64,000 nucleotides of DNA from Moniliella sp. 'wahieum' (Eukaryota): positions 124,001-188,000 of the forward strand of contig RSEE01000025.1 in NCBI GenBank assembly GCA_003971905.1. The letters are read 5' to 3'. The translations under genes were made by a program, and so were the position numbers. Under the pieces are notes generated by a model. That model was not told the origin of the DNA. It saw only the letters and a program-made list of their open reading frames with translations, and searched no databases. Positions 30,251 through 42,435 of this stretch are shown here, piece by piece (position 1 is the first letter of the stretch; each line of letters starts with the position of its first letter).

Positions 30251-32139
30251 ATGTCGGCGCGCCCGCTCGCCCACCTCTTCCGCGCCCGCCCGTCGCCGTC
30301 GCCGCCCAGCAGCCCAGACGCCTGGTACGCTCCCCTTTCGCTCGCCGCCAATCTCCATTTTCCATCATTCTGACGCTGATCCTGCCCTCCTCCCTCGCCT
30401 GCAGTCCCTCGCTCTCTCCTTCCCACCTTTCCCACCAGCATCGTCGTCCAGCTGGGGCTGTGGCGTCTGCTTACCTCTATGCTCGTGCCGAGGACTCCTC
30501 TCCTGCAGGCGGACAAGACCAGGCCCAGTCCTCTAACCAGGGCCAGCAATCAACTGCTCAAACTTCAGATGCCCAGTCCTCAACGGCCAAGACCTCAAAC
30601 TCTCCCTCCTCCCAACCCATCCTCAGCTGCTGACAGTCCCACTTCAGCGTCTACCCCAGCTCAAAGCACGCACAGCGCCCCGACGACGTCGGATCAACAC
30701 ACAGCGTCCAACCCACCTCAGCCGGTAGCAATGGCAGTGGAAAGGCAGCAGCAGCAATGGCAATGGCAACCCTGGTACCACAACCAGGTGATCACTCCAC
30801 TGCCCATCCACCACCAGCGACGCCATGCCCCAGGTTCTTCCAGTCAGGCAAGCACACCTACCTCACCTGCCCAAAACTCGCAGCCGACGACCCAGGGGGA
30901 CACCCCCACTGTCAGACGACGGTGGTGGGTGTGACCTCGTCGGCTGGCACGGCCTCACTCCATCACAGTCTGGCGGGGTGGAGACGACAGTGATTGAGTC
31001 AACGCAAACGGCCCTTGTGAGCGGCTCGCAGTATCGTCGAACGGGGCTCAGAGTACAGCGACACCTGTGTTGAGAGTACAAGTAAGCCCGGGAGCCACCC
31101 CACAGCCGCTACCTTCCTTTCCAGCTCCTTCAGTCTTTACACCTCGGACATTACCAGTGATGGATAGTGAGGCAGATTACGGGGACCAAGGTGGTCGTCG
31201 TCACTGCTACCTCGACAGGATACGTCGGGGCAAGAAAAGTGGTCCCAATGGGGGCCTGATTGGCGGTGCAGTTGGTGGAGTGGTCGGCGGTGTGGCAGCA
31301 TTGACACTGCTGCTGTTATTGCTCCTTTGTTGCGTCGGCGCAAGTCTCGCACGGGCTCGGCGTACTTTTGTGCTTCGGCAAGCGCCGTTGTATGGAGACA
31401 AAGCCGACTTGAACCCGGTGCCGGGGTCAACTGGCCCTCCTTCGACCCTGGACGGGAAGACGCCCATGAGATGACCAACGCCGCTTTGCCCAACCTTTAC
31501 GCCGACGAGGATGACCTGGCGGATGGCGCGGGGGGTGCGATGGGCCCCTACCAAACGAAGGCGGGAACGAGGCGTTTGCGGATGGCGCGACGGCTACCAG
31601 CAATGGTGTCACGCCCAAGTTGGCTGGCGTGTCGGACCAGTCGCACTACCCCTGGCCACTCCAGATTACTCACACTTGGACCCGCCTGAACTCCGGGAGC
31701 AGAGGCCCAGAGGCTGCCGCGGTCGCAGCAGCCGCTACGGCTGCATCCCAGTCGGCCGGGCATTCGAGCCACCAGAACACGCTGAGTGGGAGCGCCCTAC
31801 GCGTACCCTTACTCTGATGTGGTCGGTTATTATCCTACGGGCTCCTCGGCGACTGGCCCGGCCACTCTCTCCTCCCCCATTCCAACAACAGGACCTAGTG
31901 AATTGCGTGCTCTTCTCCGGCTCGACCAAGCCTCTCAACCAGGGCAGGATGCAGCCAACCTTTATGCCCATCCGGAACATGGATATGAAGGCGCCATCTC
32001 TCGCCGCCCTATGGCATGACCTATTCCTTCAACAATGTCCTGGAGCTGGGCGGGACCTGCAGCCGTCGCCCAACTTGTCTTCCCAGAGGCAGGATCGGAC
32101 CAGGAGGAGCATACGCCCCTGGTCGTGTCCAACCCCTAA
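30251..32139 (+). CDS. Ser/Thr/Gln-rich single-pass membrane protein (Mid2/mucin-sensor-like topology)
   Basis: S/T/Q-rich ectodomain across frames, TM helix GLIGGAVGGVVGGVAALTLLLLLLLCC followed by basic RRRK, and a P/Y-rich tail ending LVVSNP*. Probable intron ~30325..30403. Heavily frameshifted. Confidence 0.6.
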
Positions 32140-33036
32140 CTTAGAGCCATATCGCTCTCCTCATCTTCGTATCTTGCAAAATGCTGTCCGTGTGCTCTAC
32201 CGTTATTGGTTTTTGGTTACGGGTTTTGGGATGTGGGTCGCCGGTTAGCGTCTCCTCATTACCTCTCTTTTCGGATTACTTTCCACATTCTTTCATCATG
32301 GGGTTCTTCATCCCCAACAGACATTCTCTTCTGCATATCCTTCCCTCTCTGTGCTCTGTCGCTCCCCCTTCTTTCTTGCCCCCTCTGCGTTTCTTCTCCC
32401 TTTTCGCATGAACATATACCGAGAGAAACGAAGCAACCTATGGGTCTATCGTCTTTTTGACGCACGCTGTTCACTCAGCAGCGTATAATCCACAGCAGCG
32501 TATATCCATTCCTGTCACGGGGATCGTTAAGGTCATTCCAGCAACATTGCTCCCACTACTTTGGGTTGTGTGTGGGTCTGAACCACAGGCCGGGGAGGGA
32601 GGTGGTGGGAGTGCCGGTTGTGGTGCTCCTAGCGGCACGTGTGCCGTGGGGTGGCAATCAGACTGCCGGGATCTTGCAGACGGACCAGGGCGAGCGTAAC
32701 CCTACTGCGCACGCCGTAGTGGCGCCATGCCACACGTCCTGTGACATGTCAGCTGTCATGCATGCCATGCGGCACGCACCACGGCAGTGTGAAGCAAGCG
32801 CCGGGGGCGGTGGGGCGGAGGAGACGCAGAGTCTGCCGTGTCGATCTCAGTTTCAGGCGTCACCCTCCAGTCACCCTTCGCCATCGCTGTCGCCCCACCG
32901 GCCACGCTCCCTCTGCGCCTCCTCCACTTCTGCCTCCTCCTCTCCACCTCCCTTCCCTGACCTTCCTCTCCTTCCTTCCTCTCCTCTCCTCTCCTCTCCC
33001 TCCCCTCCGTCCCTCTTCTGGCGCGGCGGCATAGCC

Positions 33037-36000
33037 ATGGAACTGCCTCAGGGCGACGTTCGCACCTGGGGTCATGACGCGGTGCGTGCCTGGCTCGTCG
33101 CCCTCAGCCTCGGCTCCTATGCCCCCCTCTTTGCACACCACGACATCACCGGCGACGTTCTCTGTGACGTGACCCGCTCGGCGCTCCGTGCGATGGGCGT
33201 GGCGCGCGTGGGCGACGAGCTGCGTCTTGCCGCCGCCATCAATGCCCTGCGCCAACGTCCCTACCAACGCCCCTCTGCAGCCCCAGCTCTGGCAGCAGCG
33301 CCCACCTCAGCGTCCGCACCCGCCCTGACACCCACGCTCGCACCGTCTACTCCCTCTCGCCCCCACGCGTACCCCACCCCTCCACACGCCACCACCCTCC
33401 TTTCCGATTCCGACAGCGCTGCACTTCACTTCCAGCCGCAATGGGACGACACGATTGAAGTATTGGCGCCCGATATGCCGTGGCCGGCGCCCCATCCATC
33501 CTTCAGCCAATCATCGCACAGTATCAGGAGCCACTGCGTCCGTCTCCCACAGCCCTGAAGTCCACGATCCCTTGGCACCCTCCGTTTCAGACCTCGGCCG
33601 GGCCCGGACCCCTTCGACACCTGCGTCTTCGGTTCCAGGAAGCCCGGCCGCTACACCCGGTGATACCCTTGCCCCCTTGACTCGGCGGGATCGGGTGCCT
33701 ACTCCTCCAAAAATGCCTCCACCGGACTCAGTGGCAGGCGCCTTGGTTCCCGCCCTCCCCCACTCCACCTGAATGAAAACGTCGTTCCGTCTGCCTCTGA
33801 CCCCTGATCATCTCACACCACCGCTCTCGCCGACGCCATCATGCCCACACTGATAGCAGTGCCTCTTCGGGCGGAAGTGCTTCGGGGCCGAGCTTCATCG
33901 CCTCGCTGCGTTCCTCTAGTTACCCCTTAGCGCGACGGACACGCTCTCACTCTACACTTGGCTCCGTTACAAACACGATTGTCATGCAACTCATCCCCTG
34001 TTTCCCGCCCTGGTACAACCGCCGCAACTGGTGCAGGAACTCCTACCTCGTCCACTGGGACCCCGTTGCGCCACCCCTACCCCGCTTCAGCCGGTAGCTC
34101 CTCGCGCCCTGGATCGGCGCTGGGCTCTCAGCCATTGGCCTGCCCCGTGCCACCGCAACTGCGGTACAGCCACTCGCCACCCTCTTCCTCCACTCCGCTT
34201 TCGGGGCAGCTACAGCAGGCCCAGCAGCTTTACCACGGACTCAATCCTCCCTATCCCCCACAGCAACAGCCGGCAACCATCTCTAATGACTTGCCCCACA
34301 CCCCCACTTCGGCCCAGACTCCATTTTTTGCCCCCGGTATGGATGCCATGGAACGTCCGCCCTTATCATCGGGCTACGTCTTACGGACGTACCAGCCCCG
34401 CAAACTTCGTTCAACTTCGTCTTCGTCCCAAAATCCGACCCTCGAGGATCTACAACGTCGAACCATGAAATTTGTCTCGGCCGATGGGGCGAGTCGGATG
34501 GTAAATGTGTCAGATTGTCGAGATGCGGCGGAGGTTTTGGGCGCGCGTGCTGCGCAAGTTTGGTGTGCCCGCGCATGGGAATGGGTATCTAGTGCCTTCC
34601 CCGCCTCGGACAATGGCCGAGGAGGAGCACCGGGACCAGCTTTGGCGTTTGGCTGCCCCTATGGTCGACGGGGAAACACGGCTGCTAGAAGCGGACGAGT
34701 TACTGCAGCTGTGCCAAAACGCACCTGTCAACGATCGGGCGCGGGGGTTGTTGCTTGTCTGTCTCACTTCGCCCTCTGGTTCGGCAAGCACACCCTCCAT
34801 CTCGGCTTTGCTTCCTCCGCCTCGAGCGGACTCGGTCGAGACGCTGGCCCTGCCCCATGCACAGGACGAGGCCCTGGTGCACTTCCCTCGTACTCGCAGC
34901 CCACAACCCGAGTTGTCGGATGCGGAAGTGTATCCCAGCCCGTCGCCTTCTCCACAGGGTTCGTATCTGGTACCTCCTGTTCTCCCTAGCCCAGGCGCTC
35001 AGAGTGAGTCCGACGAGTACGAATACGACCAAGGTGGGGCGCGGGTTGAACCGGGTCGTCGACCGCGCGGGATGAGCAAGTTGGAAGCCTTCTTTGGAGA
35101 GCGGACTTCGACGCTGTCGGCAACCCAGCAGTCCTCGGCATCTAAGGCTCGACTTCGACGAAAAAAGACACTCAACATTTTCGATATGACCCCCTCTTCT
35201 GCCTCTGTCAACGAATGTGGTACCCTCATCCTCCCCCACCCGTCCCCTATGCCGGCACCGGTGCCACGACACAAGAAAAAGCACTTCGCTGGCCAACGAC
35301 CTCCCTCTGAACTCATCTCATCTCACCTTGCCGACTATTTCCCAGCCACCGAAAAGCGCTTGCTGGAACGCACGGCTCGCCGAAGCTTGTACCGCAGCTC
35401 AATGGGGCGCGACCGACGCCTGGCTCCTACGGGGGAGGACACGGCAGAGGAAGGGGACACGTTCCCACTCCTTCCGCCCGTCGCTGCTCCGGCCGACGAC
35501 TGGGCGCAGCACTTGCTGACGCTGCGACGGGGAGCGAAACCAACTTGGCTTCCCTTTCCTCTGCCCCTTCCCAACGTCGTCCAGCCAGGTTGCGCACCCC
35601 CAGCTGGGATCCAACCCACCTCGGCAGTCACCTCTGCTATCGCAGCCAGTGTTATCCGAATCCGTCTCGCTCCCCATCATACCTTCCTTGCCCGCCTTGT
35701 CGCTGTCGTCTGGGAATGCCGTGCCGGCTGGCCAGGTGGTCGGCGAGTTGTGGGCACCTCACCCTCCACCACCCACCACCCACCACCTTCTGCATTTACC
35801 ACCGACCCTTTGACGCTGCAGACTGGGACAGCCATTTCCCGGTCCGGTTCGAGCGTGTCCCGTTCCACTGTCCGCCCTACCTCGTTCCTCTCCTCACACA
35901 GCGACGCAGCGTCGCTCCTGACCGTCGACGAAATCACTCTTGAGGTGGAGCAGCGGAGGGAACAAGGTCTGGATCTCAACGTGGATGCCACCCTAGATCT

Positions 36001-37641
36001 GGGCCGGAGCCTGGGACGCGGGCTTAGCGGTGACCGTCGTTCACTTCGTTCGGCTCGGTCGGTGCGCAGCACTAAGTCCAGCGTCCGTTCCTCGCGTTCG
36101 TCGCGCAGCAAGCGACGCGCGCGCACCCCCACCCTTTCTCCCCGTCCAAATCGTCCAAATCGTCCAAATCGTCCAAATCGTCCAAATCAGGGGAAGAGGA
36201 GAGCACGGGCACGGCCGCTGCCGTGGTGGAGTCCTGTCGGATGAGTCCGCGAGCAAGGAAGCCAGTTCCAGTACATTCCGTACCAGCGCCCTTCTCGACA
36301 CGACCGAGGAGGAGAGCGAGGACGCGGAGACCCATGACGAAGGTGCCTACCGAGATGCCGAGGCAGACGCCGACGGGGAAGGCGAAGGAGAGGAGGAAGC
36401 GGACGAGTTCAATCTGGACGACTTGTCCGACGATTCGCAAGAAGGTACGTGCGCCCCCACCTTCCCCCTCCCCCTCTGATCTCTGCTCCCGCAATGAAAA
36501 AAGTGAACTGACTGTGAGTGTAGGTGAACCCAATGGCCGGGTTGCGCTGGCTCAAGGGGGCGTTGATCGGGGCCGGCTCGTTTGGCAATGTGTTTTTGGG
36601 TATGAACGAACGGACCGGGGCGATTATGGCGGTGAAGCAAGTGGAGCTTCCGCCCGGGTATGGCAGTCAAAATGACTTGTCCGCGGCGGGAGGGCAGAGC
36701 GCGATGGTGCCTTCCCGCAAGGTGGGGCAGCTGCGTGCGTTGGAGCGAGAAATCGAGCTGCTCAAGACGCTCAAGCACCCTCATATTGTCCAGTACCTCG
36801 ATTCCTATGCCGACGACACCCACCTCAACATTTTCCTCGAGTATGTGCCGGGCGGGTCGGTGGCCGCATGGTGTCCGAGTATGGCGCGTTTACCGAGCGC
36901 CTCGCCCGTCGATTCATCCGTCAAATCCTCGAGGGCCTTAAATTCCTCCACGAGCGCGCCATTGTCCATCGCGACATCAAGGGTGCCAACATCCTCGTCG
37001 ACACTGCCAGCACGGTCAAAATTTCCGACTTTGGCATCTCGAAAAAAGTCGAGTCGGTCGTGTCGGGGGTGCCCGAGGACGGAGAATCTGGGCGCAGGCG
37101 CAAGACCAACAACCGTGCCTCTTTGCAAGGCAGCGTGTTTTGGATGGCGCCCGAGGTAGTCAAACAAACGTCCTACACATCCAAGGCCGATATTTGGTCC
37201 CTTGGGTGCTTGCTGGTCGAGATGTTGACGGGAACGCATCCGTGGGCCAGCCTGAACCAGATGCAGGCGCTGTTCAAAATTGGTTCGGGCGGGGCGCACC
37301 CCGGAATCCCTGATCATGCTTCGGCCCAAGCCTCGCAGTTTCTTCAGGCTACGTTTGAGTTGGACCATCGGGCGCGCCCCACTGCCGCCATGCTGCTGGA
37401 GCATCCTTTTGTCGCTAGTTCGTCCTCCAACAGCACAAACCACCCGCCCGCCCGGTTCCCGACCCTCCCCGACCCCCACGCCAATGGGTCAAGGCCAACA
37501 AACAGCGGGTTCGGAAGAGCGCGGGACTGCGCCAACGGCTGGAACGAGGTAACCTTTCTTTCTTCTTTCTTTTTGCATCTTTCAAGACCCCCTCTCATCG
37601 ACCAAAGGCCTCGGAATCTCATCGAATTGACTGACAGCTGA
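33037..37641 (+). CDS. STE11: MAP kinase kinase kinase Ste11 (Kpp4/Ubc4-like)
   Basis: N-terminal SAM (WGHDAVRAWL..FAHHDITGDVL), Ras-binding region (RRTMKFVSADGASRMVNVSDC), RPPSELISSHLADYFP, kinase WLKGALIGAGSFGNV..MAVKQVELP..HRDIKGANIL..SLQGSVFWMAPEVVKQ. Intron 36445..36523. 3' end uncertain. Confidence 0.95.
36143..36187 (+). repeat. (CGTCCAAAT)x5 perfect coding tandem repeat in STE11 linker
   Basis: Five exact 9-bp units, probably read as (SSK)n upstream of the acidic pre-kinase segment. Confidence 0.95.
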
Positions 37642-38523
37642 TGGGTTGGTTGGATAGCTGGATTAGGGGGGGTCGTAAATGACGGCCATATGGTTTGGGA
37701 TGTTGGGTTGATAATGGAGAGAGCGATAGCTCTGAGATCTGACTGAAGGCATTGCTTGTGACGGGGACCATTACCTGAGATTATCGACCGCCACAGACTT
37801 TTTAGGGTTCCACACTTTATTCGTCTCAGCAGAGCAAGTTCCCTTCGATCTAGATAGAACTCTTTGGTACAGCCAAAGTGGTCTGTGTGCATCGGCTTTT
37901 TGGGCCCCTACTGAGGGTTATATCCGGCTTCGAATTACTTTGGCTTTGGTCGTAGACGCAAGGGGCACATCTGGGCACATGAGGGCTCTTGGTTGAGCGT
38001 CGGATTCCGGGCGTTAGTTTTTCCTGTTTCCTAATCTGCGTCTCGTCTTCGTTGCGGGGCTCTCTCTCTCCTCATGCTCTTCTCGTTCCTGGCTGAGGGG
38101 AGGAAGAACTGCTCATTATTGCTTAGGGCATTTCTTTTTGGTTGACTGCTCCCGTTCCTAGCGGAGGGTGAGGAACATTCCGGATACACTTTTGTTAGTC
38201 TTTTCTCAGATCATTTCGGAGGGCCAATGGCGTTGACGCTTAGGTTCGGAGGCTTCAGGCACGCTAGTTTTGCTCGTTTCGGCAGTCGCAACCTTGCCCC
38301 GCGGCCGCAGCCCAGATAAAAGACTCCACCTCGTCTCTGGCTCCATTCGGATCTGCTAATAGTGTTCAGGCTTGATCAATCGGGAGTGATCTCCCTCCTC
38401 CAGGGCAACGGGACCCCTAACTTGTGAGGATCGGTCTCCAGTCCGGGGTCCGCGCATAACACCTTGAAGTCTAGGTGGGTATGGGGATGGGGATGGGATG
38501 GTATGGATAAGAGGTGCTCCGGG

Positions 38524-38871
38524 TTACTGGATTGCCATGTCCTGCTCGGGCTCAATGTACGCACTAAGGCCCCCAGAATCCGTTTAGCGCATCGGACCAG
38601 CATGCAACCTGCATCAGCTAAGGACAAGCCAAGGGGAAAAAACAAGACAAAGACGTACATGTAGCGATGGGCACCAGCCGTGGTAGCTTGGTCATAGCTG
38701 AGCCTGGGCGGCAGTCAGGCGAGCGGCAAAGCCGCGTAGGTAGCCCGAATCGATCGTTCGAATCACCTCGCCGCCCTGGGAGGCGGTGGATTGCAGTGCG
38801 TCCGCAATGGCCGAGGCCGGAGCATCGGTTTTGAAGACGATGAGGTATGCCTGCAGGGCAGCCTCGGACAT
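38524..38871 (-). CDS. Small peptidase-inhibitor I9 family protein (subtilisin-propeptide-like, PBI2/POIA type)
   Basis: Read manually: MSEAALQAYLIVFKTDAPASAIADALQSTASQGGEVIRTIDSGYLRGFAARLTAAQAQ, one frameshift, YDQATTAGAHRYI, intron 38658..38564 (GTACGT..TAG), AYIEPEQDMAIQ*. Matches the I9 pattern Y-I-V-x-F-K / G-F-A-A / Y-I-E-P. Confidence 0.85.
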
Positions 38872-39535
38872 CTTCCAGGCAGCCTACTGAGATGGCGGGG
38901 CGAGAGCGGAGAGGGGCGACCAGAAGCCTGGTGGCGAGGGTTGGGTGTGGGAGTACGTTGGGCGTCAACGTTGTGCGTCGAGGGAGATGGTGGGGTTCCA
39001 GGGGGAGGAGGCGAGGCGGAACGACGGCTGGACGCCGGCCTTCCGCGGCTGGCGTTGCTTGTGTTCCGCTTGTCCCGCCTCCGCCCACAGAGGGTGTGCT
39101 ACGGTCATCGATCATCTATCAGCGCTATCGCGTACTACCAACGACGGGTATCATGAAACTGCATTGGCCTTGCGTCTTCCACTGTGGTAGCCACTATCAG
39201 TGTTTGCCGAGCGATGATCGATAGATACCCGCCCAAGCAACCAAGCAACTCGGGGCGACGATACAGGATGACGGCTGACCACTGGCCTTGTGCTGGAGCT
39301 ACCGGGGCGCAAAGCCAGCCAACGCCGATGGCTGATGGCTGAGCGCCTGAGCGCTGATGGGGGTAGAGTACGCAACTGACGTCAGCGCGTCAGCCATGCC
39401 TCGAAGCAACGCGTCAGCTAGGCCGCATTCCATATTCACTACCGAACTCAGTAACTCAATATCCACCGCATCCACCAAGCGCTTCGCCTCTCCCGCCTGT
39501 TTTCGCCTACTCTACGCTAGCCGAGAATGAAGATG

Positions 39536-39833
39536 GTTGAACGTTGAACGTTGAACGTACGTTGAACATTGATGCACGGGGCATTGATGCGATTGATGAC
39601 GGATGATGTCGATGATGAGATGGCTGAGAGCGCTAATAATATAAGCGCCAATAGGCGCTACACTAACCCCTTCCGGGCCACTCTTCAAACTTCGACGTCT
39701 TCAACGTTCAAATTTCAAAACATTCAACGTTCAACGTTCAACGTTGTTCAACGTCCAACCCCATCAATGCATCAATGGAGACACACCGTCAGCCCGTCAG
39801 CCTGTCAGCCCGTCAGCCTGTCAGCCCGTCAGC
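39536..39833. repeat. Inverted pair of heptamer arrays (GTTGAAC)n / (GTTCAAC)n plus an octamer array (CYGTCAGC)x6
   Basis: 39536-39567 GTTGAAC x4; 39684-39759 degenerate (G/C)TTCAAC units; 39786-39833 CCGTCAGC/CTGTCAGC x6. Confidence 0.9.
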
Positions 39834-39951
39834 CCAGCGTTGGCAGATGCCATCAGCATCAGTGCCCGCCGTCAGCACTGGCACAGCACCACTGGCCCCA
39901 GAGAGAAGAATCCCGGCCAATCCTCCTCCAAGAAGCAGTCCCCCGCGTAGG

Positions 39952-39959
39952 TATATAAA
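39952..39959 (+). promoter_or_regulatory. TATA box of SDR gene
   Basis: TATATAAA followed by a CT-rich leader, about 100 bp upstream of ATG 40059. Confidence 0.6.
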
Positions 39960-40058
39960 CTCTCTTTTCTTGGCCTGTCTTGATCCTCACCACCCACACC
40001 CACACCCTCCTCTCCTCTCTCTACCCTCACCCTCTACACCACCTAACTGTCTCCCATC

Positions 40059-40802
40059 ATGTCGCTTGTTGACAAGAATGTGCTCATCACTGGCGGGGCT
40101 CTCGGCGCCGCCACTGCCCAGGTGCTGGCTCAGGAGGGCGCTTCCATCGCCTATGCGTATCACTCCCACCCGGAGGCCGCCCAGAAAGTCATCTCTGGGC
40201 TCTCTACGGCTCAAGGCCAGAAACACGCCATCTACCAAGCGGACCTGCGCACCGAGGCGGCCGTCAAGAAGCTTTTCGAGCAAGCCAAGAGTGGATTCCC
40301 TGGCCAGAAGTTGCACATTGCCGTCAACAACGTTGGCAAGGTCTTGAAGAAGCCTATGCGGACATTTCTGAAGCCGAGTTGGACGAGATGTACGCCCTGA
40401 ATACTAAGGCTGCCTCTTCTTTATCAAGTGGGCCGGCCAGACGCTGGAGGATGGCGGCAAGATTGTGTCGGTGGTGACTTCGCTGTTGGCTGCCTTTACT
40501 GGGTTCTATTCGGCCTATGCTGGGACCAAGGCGCCGGTGGAGCACTTTACCCGTGCTGCAGCCAAGGAACTGATGTCCCGTCGCATCTCGGTCAATGCTT
40601 TGGGCCCTGGTCCCATGGACACCCCTTCTTCTACCCGGCCGAGTCGCCCGAGGCTGTCGCCTTCCACAAGTCGCAAGCGCTGGAAGGACGTCTGACGGAT
40701 GTGCACAAGGACATTGCCCCTCTGATCAAGGGCCTCGTCACCGACGGCCAGTGGATCACGGGACAGACCATCTTTGCCAACGGTGGATACACCACGCGTT
40801 AG
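40059..40802 (+). CDS. Short-chain dehydrogenase/reductase (resembles bacterial PRK12744-type SDR)
   Basis: VLITGG, NNVGKVLKKP, VTSLLAAFTGFYSAYAGTKAPVEHFTRA (YxxxK), GPGPMDTPFFYP, WITGQTIFANGGYTTR. No intron seen. Confidence 0.92.
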
Positions 40803-41421
40803 ACCGATGCCGTCCTCTCGCTACTAGTACGAGCTCTTCCCCTCGTACGAGCTCTTCTCCTCTTCAAAGGGGGAGGGTTACTATTATTTCCTAGCAATGG
40901 AGACCCCCAGTCAACCGGGGGCTATAAGTTTTGAATCAATCTCAGTTTGACTCCTGACAGTGTTGTCATTACACCATTATGGGTACAACAGACGCTATAT
41001 GGTTGTCCCCGCTATAATGGATTTGAAGGTAGTTAAGGGACAGTAGGAAATAGGAATGTTCGTTGCCCTCGAAGAGTTCCACTCCTCTTCGGTTCCTATA
41101 GAATACCGCTTCTACTACTTCTGAAGTCTCGGCGACCCTCCCGATATCCAGTTCTTCGAGGTCTGGTGTATTGCTGCCGTGGCCAACCGAGGAGCAACTT
41201 GTAGTGGTGAGAAAGGGTGCTCGGTAGATACGACCGGGGAAAGAATAAAAATAAAGCACAATACAACCAACATGTTGGCTGCACACTGACTAATGAACAT
41301 CAGCACGTTCAGCCCCATCAACCTCATCAAGCTGTTGATCTGCCGATTAAAATAGCCGGCCAAACCCGCAATGTTGGCATAACGTTGCATCGGGAAGCAG
41401 CAGACCATAGTCCTCCTCCCA

Positions 41422-41982
41422 TCAATACTGCTGGGGGGTATCCTTGAGGAGCCCCATACGGCCCACCTGGTCCACCATATCCCATCGCCCCAGCCAAGGG
41501 AGGCTGATAAGACCCGTTCTGGTCTGCGCGCCATTGACAAATGCCGCACACCCAGATATTGGAAGACGATGTCGGCTAGAAAGTGGTGAGAATGAGGAAG
41601 AAATAGCAATGAGAGGTGGGAACATACAATCAAAGGAATCCAGCAGAGCGTGAACCACCTCCGTGTTTGGGCCGAGACGACCTGAGCGTTGTGGCATCGT
41701 GGGCTGGAAGAGAGGACGAGAGAGTTAGTCGGATGCGCGATTGAAAGAGCTGGAACGGCGGAACGTACCACACTTAAGTAGGGTGACGGGTGGGGAGATA
41801 CAGTCCGGAGTTAGTTGCGCGCAGAGGAGTGGCGAATGGGGCGTACCATGGGGTGTGGTGTCAGTCTGGTTCAGGTGCTCATCGCACCCAAACACGATGG
41901 GGATGCCTTGGGAGGGTGTTAGCTATCGCCAGAAATACAGAGAGCAACAATGCCACGCACAGAAGAAGATGTCGTCGCACAT
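41422..41982 (-). CDS. Small zinc-ribbon protein (two CxxC, G/P/Y-rich tail); five exons including a 4-nt microexon
   Basis: Exons 41982-41961, 41906-41847, 41772-41769, 41703-41628, 41575-~41422 splice in frame to MCDDIFFCIPIVFGCDEHLNQTDTTPHVCPRCHNAQVVSAQTRRWFTLCWIPLIPTSSSNIWVCGICQWR..; all donors are GT(A/G)(C/T)G(T/C). Resembles the zinc_ribbon_15 family. The stop at 41422 assumes one C-run indel. Confidence 0.85.
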
Positions 41983-42435
41983 GATCAGGCGTGACCTTGG
42001 AGGGCGACGGGCGGAGGCGTAGAGAGTTGTGAGGTTGATGGAAGTAGAAAACAGGGCAGTGTCGGGCGATAGCCAAAGGGCGTGTCCGAAACACATCACC
42101 GGGTCACGTGCAAGGTCCTGCTGCTTTTATGAGCCTGCGCATTGCATTGCCAAGGCGCGGCAGTTGGTTTTAGCATCGAGCATCAGCAACTCTTCCGGCG
42201 CCAATGGGAGGGGCGATATAGGCGCGATCTAAAGCGATGCCTTACCGGTAGATTGCTAGCCCCCTTAGCTTCAGTTCACACAGACGCCTACCGACTATCC
42301 ACCATCCACCATCTGCCACCCCTGATCCACCCTCGGCCTTCATGCGCATTAGCCAAAAATCCAATTCACAGAACCTTCTGCCACACCGCGCTCCCACGCC
42401 AGTGCCACCAACGGCGCTATCTTAATCCCCGATCA

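Noticed and set aside
33037..37641. STE11 as a marker of a mating-type locus (as in Cryptococcus)
   Set aside because: No pheromone receptor, CAAX pheromone precursor, homeodomain, STE12 or STE20 gene recognised in the window.
37650..38370. Decayed transposon ORF downstream of STE11
   Set aside because: Stop-riddled and purine-rich on the minus strand, with no RT, integrase or transposase motif recognisable.
38706..38777. tRNA-like fold on the plus strand (GGGCGGC..GTTCGAATC..GCCGCCC)
   Set aside because: The T stem and anticodon arm do not pair, and the sequence is the antisense of the I9 coding exon.
39536..39833. Repeat arrays as CRISPR, telomeric repeats or heat-shock elements
   Set aside because: No unique spacers or cas genes, not TTAGGG-type, and no alternating nGAAn/nTTCn units within an array.
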